A model generated the notes under the pieces. The model saw only the letters and a list, made by a program, of their open reading frames with translations. It did no database searches and had not been told where the DNA came from. Positions 49,901-61,700 of a stretch of DNA of 64,000 nucleotides are shown one piece after another. Origin of the DNA: Tubiluchus corallicola (lineage: Eukaryota > Animalia > Priapulida). Location: the NCBI GenBank assembly GCA_030141605.1, contig JAQGDQ010000876.1, positions 1-64,000 of the forward strand, written 5' to 3'. Both the position numbers and the translations under genes were made by a program. Positions within the stretch are counted from its first letter, which is position 1, and each line of letters begins with the position of its first letter.

Positions 49901-52900
49901 TTTAAAATATTAATTTATATAAGTGAATTAACAATAAATTAAAAAGTGTACGGTTCTACATCACACAAGTGTGTTTATTTGCAAAAATTACAAAAATTCC
50001 TTCAAAGTCGGCTGCTTCTTTTTCTCGCGAAGAAGTTAGCTCACAAAGTTCTCGTAATTGTAAAAACGTTGAAAATCTGTTATTGTGCGTGACTAAAACA
50101 GTTCTGAATCGTGATATCTGGATATATATATCTCGTGACAGTCTTGAACTAGTAATTTGACTTCTTCTTCTTCTTCCCAGCTTTTCCCTATTCGGGGTCG
50201 CCGTTGTGAATGAGTCTTCTCCACGCATTCCTGTTGTTGACCATCTCTTCATTTATGTCTTCCCTTCCCACATGATCTTCACCGACTCTTCTTTTCAGGT
50301 GTCCATACCATCGCAATCTTGCGAGGCCTCCACTACTTTCACTGTTCCTCCAATATTACTATTTCTAATTTTATCTCTTCTTGTTATTCCCACCATCCAT
50401 CTCAACACCCTCATCTCCACCACATCTCACAAGTGTATATTTAAACAATGTAATTAACCTACTAAAGAGTAAACACTGCATTTTCAACCGCTTTTGCTCT
50501 CTCTCTCTTTTAAGATAGCAATTACTCACTGTACTGATTGTTACATATCTACGGTACACTTCACAGCTGCAGCTTGAGCTACTTTACGTCGTTTTTACCA
50601 GAATGTGGTGAAATGCCCTCTAATTTGCTAAATATCACTTTATCATGATACGCGGGTGCACGTTGGCGGTGTGCATATAATGAGAGAGATCACGACGCAT
50701 CGTTACAGGCCTAGAAAATGCAGCTGCAAGTTCGCATAAATATTGTTTTGAATTTGACACAATTGCTGTCATTACCTAGTGATAAACTGGTTTGGCTATT
50801 CGTATATATTAATTCTACTGGTATGGGCTTTATATATATATATGTATATATATAAAAGATTCGAGGCTACAGATATACGGCTCTTTAGAAAGAGGAAGAA
50901 CAGGGCTATACGATGATGTAGGACATATTTTAGGGCAGGTCCAACGAGTTAATTAGATGTTCCATTTTTGGCAATTTTCGCTTGGAAAACTGCTGACGCA
51001 AAGCCATTGTTCTGACGTCATCCATTATACTCTGTCTATAACTTTAATTCAGTAAAAGCTGCTGTTGGCTTTGCGTTATAAGTGAGGACTGTGTAGGATG
51101 TTTGCGTATTATTGATTATTATAAGTGTATTTATACGCAAAATGTTTTGCTGGGCCTTTGCTAGTCGTATATTAATTTTTATTTTTTACCACTAATTATT
51201 GTGTGTATTTATCTTGACTAGTGGTTTTCCCCTATTCCCGTGATGAATGTTGTTTTTGAACATGGTCCTGATGGCAGAGTAACGGGAAAAGCAGATGTGG
51301 ACTTTGGTACTCATGAAGATGCTGTCAAAGCCATGGCGAAGGATAAAGGCAACATGCGTATGCATTTCGTGTATTTTATTTTTAGTTAAAACTACACAAC
51401 TTTATTAAAACTTACTTTTCATAGTTAAAATCATGCCAAACGTTTCGTCAGACTAGTACCTTGATCATCAGTGGTAACTTTATTTTCAAACAATCAGCTA
51501 TTTGTTACTGTATCAGTTTCTTTTCTTCAGGTCTGCTTATTCATTACCTATTTGTCTTTTGTAAATACATAATTAGTGCATAATTTACTTTATCAATTTC
51601 TTTACTGGTCTGTTTATTCATTACCTATTTGGCTTCTGCTAAATAGCGAATTAATGCACAATTTGCTGTATCAATTTCTTTTCTACTGGTCTGCTTAATC
51701 ATTACCTATTTGTCTTTTTGTAAATACATAATTAATGCATAATTTGCTGTATCAATTTCTTTTCTACTGGTCTGCTTAATCATTACCTATTTGTCTTTTT
51801 GTAAATACATAATTAATGCATAATTTGCTGTATCAATTTCTTTTCTACTGGTCTGCTTAATCATTACCTATTTGTCTTTTTGTAAATACATAATTAGTGC
51901 ATAATTTGCTGTATCAATTTCTTTTCTACTGGTCTGCTTAATCATTACCTATTTGTCTTTTTGTAAATACATAATTAGTGCATAATTTACTGTATCAATT
52001 TCTTTTCTACTGGTCTGTTTAATCATTACCTATTTGTCTTTTTGTAAATACATAATTAATGCATAATTTGCTGTATCAATTTCTTTTCTACTGGTCTGCT
52101 TAATCATTACCTATTTGGCTTCTGCTAAATACATAATTAGTGCATAATGCTCTATACTGTAGGCTCTGCCTATATAATCTGGTTGAATGTTTGTAAAAAT
52201 TTTCCTCTGGTGATGACAGCAGTAGCTCTGTCGAAACGTTTGGCATGATTTTAACTATGCAAAGTAAAAGTTTTAATAAAGTTCTGTTGTTTTAGCTATT
52301 ATATTTTGTTATTACACTTGTAAGCAAATATTTTCACTGTTGCATATTTTTTAACCTTTTTCCACTTTTTACTTTCACCTGTAATCACATAAGCGCTGAG
52401 AGTGGTAAGAGACAAATGCATCTTTATCAAAATGAATAAATAATGTTTCTCACTAGTATCTGAAGCCGATAATTTCTTTGTGGTAACTTTTTGTTAAAAG
52501 AAAAACTACACTTATCATACTGCAGGGATGAGAATTTTCCAAGGATACGCGGAATTCCGTGTTTTTGGAAGACCAGTAGTGCCATTTTTGTAATTCGCAT
52601 AAATTCGTTGAGAAAATTTTTACGGACCCATTGCATTATTTCACAAGCTGACCGCTAGTTGTCAGGCCGTCACTTTGTTTACATCACGTACATCAGTGTA
52701 ACCACGTGTATATCTCTATGTATAAAAATATAGAATCAATTGTGCGGAGTTATTTGAGTCAATTGCAGACAGTTTTTATATACTTTTGCATAGGAGCGGC
52801 CAGTACTTAGGTGTTTTTGAGACAATTAGGTATCATGTATCCTTGATAGTTGGGTATTTTAAATTATGCATGAAACAAGGTAATTGATCTTTTAAGTCCA

Positions 52901-55900
52901 CTTGGAGGTTCTCTTGAACCCCCATGGCGGCTTTGCCCCTCAACCCCATTGGGGGTCTAAGCGGCCCCCAAACCCCCGGGCCATTTCAGAGTTTTTTGCA
53001 ATTTGTCATTCTCATTCCTGTATCACACTGAAAGTGTCTTTGAATCAGCATCAGTTTTTGATGTACAAAATTGAGCCGCTTTTCCTGATTGATCGCAAAA
53101 TAATTTTCAATCATATTCAATTACTATTCAATAAGATAGAACATTTTAGTTAATGAACAATGTAAAACATTGCAAAAGTTAATGAAAGAATATTTTTGTC
53201 TATCTCATTCATCCTCAGTAATTTTGCGCCGTTTATCGAATTTAAAAAGTTTAATAAAAAATTCGTTGTGATTTTCGTATGTGTTTACTTTGTTAATGTA
53301 GGCCGCATTACTCACTTGTGTTTTGATCACGTTTTTGTTTGGTTGCTTGGCAACGAAGTATGACAACGAAAATCTACACTACAGTGGAAGTAGTAGCTAT
53401 TGCTGTTTGAAATTGTGACTACTTGTAGCCAGCTATTATGCACTTGTTTTTAGTCAAGTTCGCTAGTATATTTACTTTAATTTCGTTCTTGTAATTTTTT
53501 CATTATTGCTTGTTTGCAGAGCACCGGTACATAGAGCTGTTTTTGAATTCTCAAGCATCGCCGCCTCGTAACATGGGGGGTGGTAATTTTAACCAACTTG
53601 GTAAGCTTGCGACAGTTTCTCATCATCTTCAATTGTTAATTTTACACATTTGTTTAACTAAACATTGTTTTAAAAACTGTCCATTTTTGCTCAATTATCT
53701 TTTATGGTGTCTTGCGTTGCTGAATCAACTCTGTTTTTATACACAAAATTATTTATGTCCAGTAATAAGCAAAAGTTTATGACAGGGGTGTGCAAACTGC
53801 AGCCCGCGGGCCACTTGCGGCCCGCCGAGAGATCTTGTGCGGCCCGCGAAGAGGTTTGTCAACGTAATGAAAGTGTGGCCCACGCGATCCAGCTGAAGTC
53901 CGCGCCAATATCGCAAAGATAGTGCGGGTAGTTTTTTCCTCTAGATCGGATGGCATTAACTCTTACAAGACCGTTGTCACTTAATGTCACTGTCGCTCAT
54001 GACGAAATATATGGTTTTTAATATAAATTTTAATAACTTCTAAAATAGTTTCTTGAGTGTAGTAGTGCAGTAGTAATGATGTGACAAATCAGATGCAAAA
54101 AAATCTTTTTTAGGCCCTACTGTAGTTGGCTCCTTGACCAAACTGCATATGGCCCACAGGAATTGCGGGAATGTTTAATGTGGCCCTGCTAGTCAGATAA
54201 TTTGCACACCCCTGGTTTATGAGATCAAAAAATAGTCATTCGATAGGCTATAGCTTAGCCCGAAATGTGTTTTTTTTTTACGTTTGTCCGAGCGATAAAG
54301 AATGGGATCGATTATGTTTGTTCAAATGATAATAAATACTTCTACCAGTGATATGATTATTTAAGATAAAAAATTGCAAATTACTTATCATGCGATTTAT
54401 TTACAGGTGGCGGCATGGGTGGTGGTATGGGCAGTCAAGGTAGCGTACATTTTGATTTTCAACCGTGAATCTCTAGTTTTGCAGCATACAATTGTAGCAA
54501 TTATAGGTGCTAGGTTTTTTATTGATTTGTGCAAGTTCTTTTACGAATCAACTTTTTATGATTAGTGTAGAATTTCTGCAAATATACCGCAAAATAATTT
54601 CAATTGTAAATGTTTTACATGGTATTATTAAATTTATTGTAATTTGGAGAGCTCTAACCTACCTTTTTATCAAGGAATACAGGTACACTGAACTAGCAGA
54701 GCCACCTCAGTCATTTTTTGGTGCATATATAGGTTTTACACGTCAAATGTAGACACAGGAAAGTTCAAATGTGACTTAGGTAAGTCAAATGTAGACATAG
54801 GAATTTCGAATGCGTTTTGATAACTCAAATGTGACTTAGGTAAGTCAAATGTAGATGCGGTACTTTGAATAAATCGGTAATTAACTCATTTAAGTGCAAA
54901 TTACGAAAAGATAAAACCAAATTAAAATTATATTTTATGGTCATGGTGCTATCGGCAGCATCAATTTTTATTATATTTAATTAATTTGCAACTATTTGTA
55001 TAGACGTTAATACATTATTCAAATGTAAAGAAAATGTTTATTTGATAAGAAAAAAAGTGTTGTACATAAATAAGTTAACAATTATACAATTATTAATGCA
55101 TACATCAATTCTACATTTTATTTGTCAATGTTTTACAAAAATGTTGGTAGAAAAGAATAAATTGGTTCCCACTTCCCAATCAACAGTGAACCACTAATTA
55201 GTTTTTTAAGCAATGCATTAGCCCTGCAGTAATGAATTAGTTTCTCTCAAGAAACATTGTTTATTATAAGAATGTATTATTTTCTCTAACAGTTCCAATG
55301 GTATGTAAAGTTACAGAATATTAGTGAACCTATAACGTTGTTATTTTAACTTGAGAGCAATTATTAAATTAAGATTAAAGGAGATTAAATTTAACATCCT
55401 TAAGCTTTACCACCTATCCACATTTGAGATACCAATGTCACATTTAACTTGACATGTGTCTACATTTGATTTAGCAAAAATGCTTAAGATTTCTTGAAAA
55501 CCATTGTTAACACATTAGAACTACCTAAGTCTACATTTGAGTTACCAAGACACATTTGAACTACCTAAGTCTACATTTGAGTTACCAAGACACATTTGAA
55601 TTACCTAAGTCTACATTTGAGTTAACGCAGGTCTACATTTGCCGTGTAAAACCTACATAATTAAACGTGCTCCGTCAGTCAGTATAATAGAGTTGAGTGA
55701 GAAGAAATCATCCAGAAGCAGTTTACTGATGACTCCCATCCAGTTACTAACTAAATTCATTATTGTTTCATTCTGTTAAGCACACGTTGTTGCAATTTAG
55801 CTAATTCTCTCATCCCAGCCTGTATTATGGTCTGGATGAGAAGTCACCTTATGTAATGATATTCATTTTTAGGTATGGGCGGTGGAATGGGTGGCGGTGG

Positions 55901-56448
55901 CAGTTTTGGAGGCGGCTTCGGAGGTGGTGGTAACATGGGAGGCGGCGGCGGCTACGGAGGAGGAGGATTTGGAGGAGGTAAGCACGGTTGCTTATTTTAT
56001 CAATGCAGCTTTAAGTGCAACGCACGTTTTATCACGTTTCATTGTTCTCGAAAATATTGTGATTGGGCTATTCAGCATTATTGCTGAAAGAGAGAGAAAT
56101 TCTACAGAAATGATTGAGGCATATTTAATGGTTCAGACTTTTGACTTTATAAAATCCAAAGTTTCCTGGTTCATTTCCAGGATGTAACTTGTTTTTTAGG
56201 TTCTGCATTTTTTTGTCATTCAAGTAAATTTGGCCTTGGATATTCAGTTATAGTATCAAGCAAGAAATGTATCTGATGACTGTCCCTGCCTGCTTACTTG
56301 CCGATAATGTTTTTATGTCTTTTTAGGTAATCAAGATGGCGGCTTTGGAATGGGCGGAGGTCCTGGTGGAATGGGCGGAGGCATGGGTGGAGGAGGCGGG
56401 ATGAACATGAGCATGGGAATGGGAGGATCAAATTTCTCATCGTTTTGA
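37941..56448 (+). CDS. HNRNPH1: Heterogeneous nuclear ribonucleoprotein F/H (three qRRMs plus Gly-rich regions)
   Basis: Exons 37941-38058, 40352-40507, 41666-41806, 44671-44809, 48465-48652, 49136-49410, 51222-51357, 53520-53600, 54407-54439, 55873-55977, 56327-56448 (TGA). qRRM motifs [82 protein letters not shown]. Likely pro-orthologue of vertebrate hnRNP F/H1/H2. Confidence 0.93.
38162..38646. mobile_element. hAT-type MITE, family E
   Basis: Same TIRs and body; no TSD visible. Confidence 0.85.
43802..44309. mobile_element. TIR MITE family F
   Basis: TIR CAGGGATGAGAAT; near-identical copy at 52523-53020. Confidence 0.85.
44505..44603. repeat. 33-bp tandem repeat x3
   Basis: Unit AACAGTGTTGATTGTGATTGTCACATTGTTTAA. 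Confidence 0.9.
45034..45585. mobile_element. hAT-like MITE
   Basis: TIR (T/C)AGTGATGGGCGATT; internal direct repeats. Confidence 0.7.
47568..47901 (-). mobile_element. 5'-truncated RTE-clade LINE (C-terminal end of ORF)
   Basis: [51 protein letters not shown] is typical of the post-RT C-terminus of RTE-type LINEs; 10-bp TSD TACGTAGTAC at 47558-47567 and 47902-47911. Confidence 0.85.
50161..50430 (-). mobile_element. RTE LINE 3' fragment with (GAA)n tail and internal deletions
   Basis: Minus strand reads [45 protein letters not shown] followed by GAA repeats; 3' 125 bp shared with 57166-57285. 5' boundary approximate. Confidence 0.75.
50800..51164 (+). mobile_element. Helitron family copy, internally deleted
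   Basis: Starts TCGTATATATTAATTCTACTGG and ends GGGCCTTTGCTAG|T. Confidence 0.78.
51383..52298. mobile_element. Penelope-like non-autonomous element: about 90-bp inverted termini with degenerate minimal hammerheads, enclosing a minisatellite
   Basis: 51383-51474 is the reverse complement of about 52204-52298. Cores are CTGATGAT..CGAAACGTT (minus strand) and CTGGTGAT-GACAG..CTGTC-GAAACGTT (plus strand). Confidence 0.6.
51509..52148. repeat. 81-bp tandem repeat, about 8 copies
   Basis: Unit TGTATCAATTTCTTTTCTACTGGTCTGCTTAATCATTACC... recurs at 51667, 51748, 51829 and onward. Confidence 0.95.
52523..53020. mobile_element. TIR MITE family F, second copy
   Basis: Same body; flanked by TATCA(T/C)ACTG on both sides. 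Confidence 0.85.
53783..54214. mobile_element. hAT-type MITE, family E
   Basis: Same TIRs; 8-bp TSD GTTTATGA. Confidence 0.9.
54728..55657. mobile_element. Family I, long copy
   Basis: Highly similar to 21508-22361 throughout. Confidence 0.85.
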
Positions 56449-56619
56449 AAGACTGTCACAGTGAAGATTCATCCACAGGCGCTCGCCTCACACGCGCAGA
56501 CATGCACTGTGTTAATGTGATTGCGTATTTCATTGTTTCAAAACCATTTGTAATCTCATAAAGTTTTCTAAATTCTTTATAACAAGGATAGTACGCATTT
56601 CATAAACAACCCCTATATA

Positions 56620-57056
56620 CAGTCAACCCTCATTAAACCGGACTAATTGGGGGTGGGGAGGTCCGGTTTAGCCGATTGTCCGATTTATCCGATATGCCTA
56701 TATATGGTCTATATTATACAGGAATAATCACCTTAATAAGGCCTATATACATTGTACTATATACTGTGCACTATATACTATACAGTATATTACTTTAAAA
56801 TAGTTAACCTGTGAGGATAAAGAAATTAGCAAGTGCTTTCGATGGGATAAGCACACTGAATTTTGGCGGGAATCGTAGCAGCCTGGGCGGCACAGCGAGC
56901 CGCTTCGGCCCGTCAACGGCTCGTAGTGAGTTGGTAGGCCGTGTTGTGTTTAGCGCTCCGGCTCGGTCGGAAATCGGTCAGTTTCCTTTACCACGGATGA
57001 CGTCCGTCTTATCCGATATCCGGGCTGACGGGGTCCGGTTTATCGAGAGTCGACTG
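56620..57056. mobile_element. MITE family A, long form
   Basis: Same TIRs and TA flanks, with an extra GC-rich segment of about 100 bp at 56829-56929. Confidence 0.85.
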
Positions 57057-57165
57057 TAATAAAAAATTTTCCATTTTTTATTAGTAAAAATTATCATATA
57101 GTCGATATTTATTATATATATCATATATTATCATATTTCGTACATCAGTTCCTGAATGTTTGCTT

Positions 57166-57383
57166 CTTCTACTTCTTCTTCTTCCCAGCTTTTCCCTATT
57201 CGGGGTCACCGTTGTGAATGAGTCTTCTCCGCGCATTCCTGTTGTTGACCATCTCTTCATTTATGTCTTCCCTTCCCACATGATCGGAAGCCCTTCCTGA
57301 CCCTAACCCTCGCTATTTATCCGGGCTTGGGACCGGCACTGAGTTGGGCTGGCTTGCCCCCCCCCCCCAGTGGCTAGGTTTTG
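57166..57383 (-). mobile_element. Bipartite non-autonomous RTE derivative (ribozyme head plus RTE 3' tail)
   Basis: 14-bp TSD CTGAATG(T/C)TTGCTT at 57152-57165 and 57384-57397; 3' half equals the RTE tail at 50161-50277; 5' half is the twister motif. Confidence 0.85.
57302..57382 (-). ncRNA. Twister ribozyme (3' cleavage-product form, P3-containing)
   Basis: Minus strand AA-CCUA-GC-CACUG..CAGUG-CCGG-UCCCAAGC-CCGG-AUAAA-UAG-C-GAGGG matches the twister layout: P2 CUA/UAG, pseudoknot GC, P3 CACUG/CAGUG, P4 CCGG/CCGG with loop UCCCAAGC, and GAGGG. Confidence 0.8.
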
Positions 57384-57871
57384 CTGAATGCTTGCTTATC
57401 AGGTCTTTATCAAGCCAGATTGAAAACATTCAGTTATTGTCCAAGCTTTACTTACTAAATCACTTAATGTTTGACAAGCTCCTGCAGTGTATTAGCACAC
57501 GCTATAGCCATTCGACTATTCATTAAAATCATTTGCTGTTAGTAATCGTTGATGTTTACTTGTATGTGACTGTTTAATCGAACTTAATGTGCGTATATGT
57601 GGAATAAGTAATTTGTATATAAATTTAAATTTACCAGTTGCATTGAAACTGAATCGTTCAGCAGTTTAGCTGACCAAGGAAAGATTTTTTTGTAAATAGT
57701 ATGATTTGATGTAGTTCTTACGTGTGCACTGAAACAATGAATGGTGTTGTAATAAATGAACATTGGAGACATAGCTAAAAACTTTCATTCTTATGGATTT
57801 GACTGAACCTAATGCTGTGTAAGCTTTTGCGGGGTTTAGAAAACAGCAAGTAATACAAAACATATTCGTCA

Positions 57872-58140
57872 CCAGACGGCTTAGTCTAGTAGTAGTGGTA
57901 ATGCGTCTGCTTTCCGTCTGGGAGGTCGTGAGTTAGAACCAGCGGCCGGGTCATACCAAAGACTTTAAAAATGGTACCCGCTGTTGCCCTGCCTGGCACA
58001 TGGTATTTAGGGTACAAGTGGGGTAATAATAGTCTCTGTTATGTAGTTGTAGGTTGTTATTTACAGTCGGCGATAATAGCTCTTTGAGCTAATGTTAATT
58101 GTTGACCCAATGGCCGACTTTAAATAAAGATTATTATTAT
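57872..58140 (+). mobile_element. tRNA-derived SINE, second copy
   Basis: Highly similar to the reverse complement of 15141-15408; ends AATAAAGATTATTATTAT. Confidence 0.85.
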
Positions 58141-58771
58141 GTTAAAGCATTGAAGGAAGAGTCACGACGTGTATGTAAGGTATTCCACAAGCTACTTTTA
58201 TGAGTTAGTAGTCAAAGAAATTATGTACACCACCTATAATGAATACTCAGAAGAGAAACTGAATTTATAAAAAAAGTCAAAAATTTTAAAAGAAACGTAC
58301 AGTCGCCTTATCAACTCATTTCCTGCTAACACCAATTTAAAGTTATTTATTAAATAACAGCGTAAGATTATTACCAAGAAGGTTGTTAAAATAATGATGA
58401 TATTTTATACAGAAATAACGATTTTATTTTAATAATAAAATTTCTTATCTGAAAAATTAATAGCAAAAACTCTGTTTTCAATATAAATAACTGAGCAATG
58501 CTGTTTCGTTATTTGTGTAGAATTTGCAGTCTAGAGTTTTCTATTTTTCTTTTTTCTAGGCCGAATAAATTCATAGGGGTTATAGTAATGTTATGAGAAA
58601 AGTCAGTAAATACAACAAAATGCGAAAGTTTCTCTTATTGCATGTGAGGTAAAAATTAAAGATTGTGCACATTGCTAAATGTGTTATCAGCGCACGTGTA
58701 GTGCGTAATTTGTTTGGATTCATCATAAACCTTGAGTATCGAATATTGCCTGTCACTGCACATTATCTGCA

Positions 58772-61700
58772 ATGAATGACTTGCGACGTCATTTCGACAC
58801 GAATCCTCCGAAGAATGTGCTTGCATTTTGTTCAGAGGAAAATTTTGCTACTTACTCTGTCGTAACGTTTGAAGAAAAGCTAGCAAGAAAGTGTAGAGAG
58901 CTTGAAGGAGGACAGTGTGAGCCAAAGGACATTGTTGCAAGTATACCAGTTGTGAACAATAATAAACGTGGAAAATATTCAAAAGTAAAGAAACAACCTT
59001 CTCACGGGTGAGTTACAATAAGCTTTTATTTAAATTGCTTTTTGTTGTAGACAGTAGAGCAAGCTTTAAAATGAAAGGACAAGTCACTTAGTATGTTGGG
59101 TTTATTTTGTTGTTGTCACTCAAACTTAAACTGATATATAACTGAATCTGGAAAATATGGCAAAGAAATTTGCAGAAAAACTGTCTATAAAGCATAAAGT
59201 TAATTTATACTACGGTGCTACCTGCCATTCTATTGAAAATTAAGATGTAGCTGGTCGACTGTGTGACTTTTCATAAGTGCATCATGGCTTTTCATAAATG
59301 TGCGCTGCTCAGACTAATTTAGAATTCTGCAGCTTTTTTGATGTTCATGCAAAAAATATCACTAAATTGCTGTTTATTTTTTTTGTAAAAACTTGTTATA
59401 TGAGACGGAAGTTGACAGCATGCTGCTTTTCTTCAGTCGACAAATGACGTCATTGGTGGAAGAACGGGCACTCAAAACGGGAGAGCCCAATAGTGAAATA
59501 CTCGTGACTTTAAAGTAATTTTACTAATTACACGAAAGGACTATCACACTTTTATTACTAAATCCTTCTAACATTTTTTGCAAACATTGAAATAAACCTA
59601 ACTTCTCAGAAGGCTTGATCTTTCCTTTAAAATATGGCGTTTAAATGCTTAAAGTTTCCACTTTGTATAATTACAATTTTCCGTCTTATCTTCACTAGTT
59701 GCTCGAAATTACTGCTCTGCTGTTATTTATATTTTTTGGATTTTTAGCTGGCTTATGAAAACACCTTGCAAATTTTTTTCTCATTTTGAATACTTTTTGT
59801 TGATAAGTTAAACAATGGCAATGAAATCTTAGATTCGGATCTAATTTAATTTTTGATAGTAATAATAGTAATAGTAATTTTATTTTCCTCCATAAATTTA
59901 CCATGATTTGACAATAAAATACACAAAAATACAAACGAAAGGGTGGCGAAAAACCAAAGGTTATCGAGTCAACCACCCTTCTCAAAGGACAGTAAACAAA
60001 AGGACGCTAATGACAGCAGACACAACTATATTAAAAAGTACATAAACGTGCAGAAATACAAAAGCAAAAATACAACAACAGCAAAAAAAACAAAAACAAA
60101 AAACCATGACAAATTTATGAACTACTAAGCAACTCATTGAAAATACCTCACAATTATTTCTGAGTGAAATCATTATGTCCATTTTGCTGACTGTGTTGCC
60201 TGTATTATAAGAAGCATGTTCATTATTGTACATTATAGAAAGTGAGTTTGCACCTTATAAAAAAATTGTCTTTCAGCAAAAGTTACCACAAGAATGTACA
60301 TCTAATAGACAAAAAAATTGATTTATATGTAAGTTTCAAGAAGTGGCTTATTGTACTGTTTATTTAGTGAATACAGAGGTAAAGAAGTTATATGATAGTG
60401 TTGTTGTTTCACCTTATTTGCAAATGTGTAGATAAACTTGCTGTGTAATTGGATCATTCAATAATATTAGTTTGTATTACTTCTATCTATGGGCCCAGTC
60501 GTCTCTTGTTTTAGTTTGGAACTGTTAGGCAACCTTAAATGCCCTTGTGTAATATATTTACTTTCAGGTGCTAGAGTTCTTGCAAATTGACCCAGGCTAC
60601 ATGGCGTCCCCCCAATTTTTTAGAAAATGCCAAAATGGCACACAATAGCGGGCCAGCGCTCCATAAATGCGAACAGTATGAGCGTTTCGGTACAGTAGCC
60701 CAATAATATTTTTTATCATTAAAGTTTGTCACCGAGTTAAATTATTCTGACTGTTAATACGTGCCTGACCAGATGTGTTTACCTGAAAGTCAGGATGTAG
60801 TTAATTTGTTTGCATGTAATCTTTTCAGGAGGCAGGCAGGAACAGTTAACAAAGCAGCTCGTTGAGTAGCATTAGCATCTTTGCACAAAAGCTATAGCTT
60901 TAAGTTAAATGCCAGTTGGGATTAAATAAATCGTTTTTTTTTTGCACGCAAAATACTATGTGGGAATTCAAAATTATACGTTTTTTAAACAGTTAAGTTC
61001 CGCCATTATATACAGTCGGGCCCCCCTAATTTTTTTGGGGCACGACGCCCCTGCCCAGGCTTCATGGAATATTAGAGCTGCAGAGCTGTATCCAACTGAA
61101 CCTGTAGTACATTTGTAATAAGAAAAATTCCATTCCATATCCTGTTTGTAGCAGCCTGGCTAATTTTAATCATTTGCACTTTTAGCAAATCGGGACAAAC
61201 TCGACCGCAGAACAAATCCGGAGGCTCTTCTCTTCAATCTGTTACTCGTTTTCCACGCCAGTCAGAACTCACTGGAGAAGACATGAAGAATTATCTGAAT
61301 CTGTTAAAAACTTACGGCAATTACGCTCCTTCTGCCACAGCTGATGAGCTTGAACTAATGCAGTATCATCAATTCCGAGATCTTTCTGAGATTGTCCGCA
61401 AAGAACAGGAGGAATTCATAAAATTCTTGCATGGTGTCGCTAAGAAGTCTACAGATTATGAACATATTAACGAGCAAGCTAAAAGATACGTCCACGATTA
61501 CCTGACTATGCAGTGTAGATCTGTCGCAACATACAGCCAATTTTTCCTTGTGTACCAGGTAGTTTCTTTGTCAAATGCTGTACAAGAGCACCTGGTACAA
61601 GAGAGGATCCTACTGCAGTTGGGAAAAATTCCTAAAGTGTTTCTGCCAAATATGAATGCGCCAGTAAAACTGTCGTGTGAGTATGATGCGATTTCGAAAA

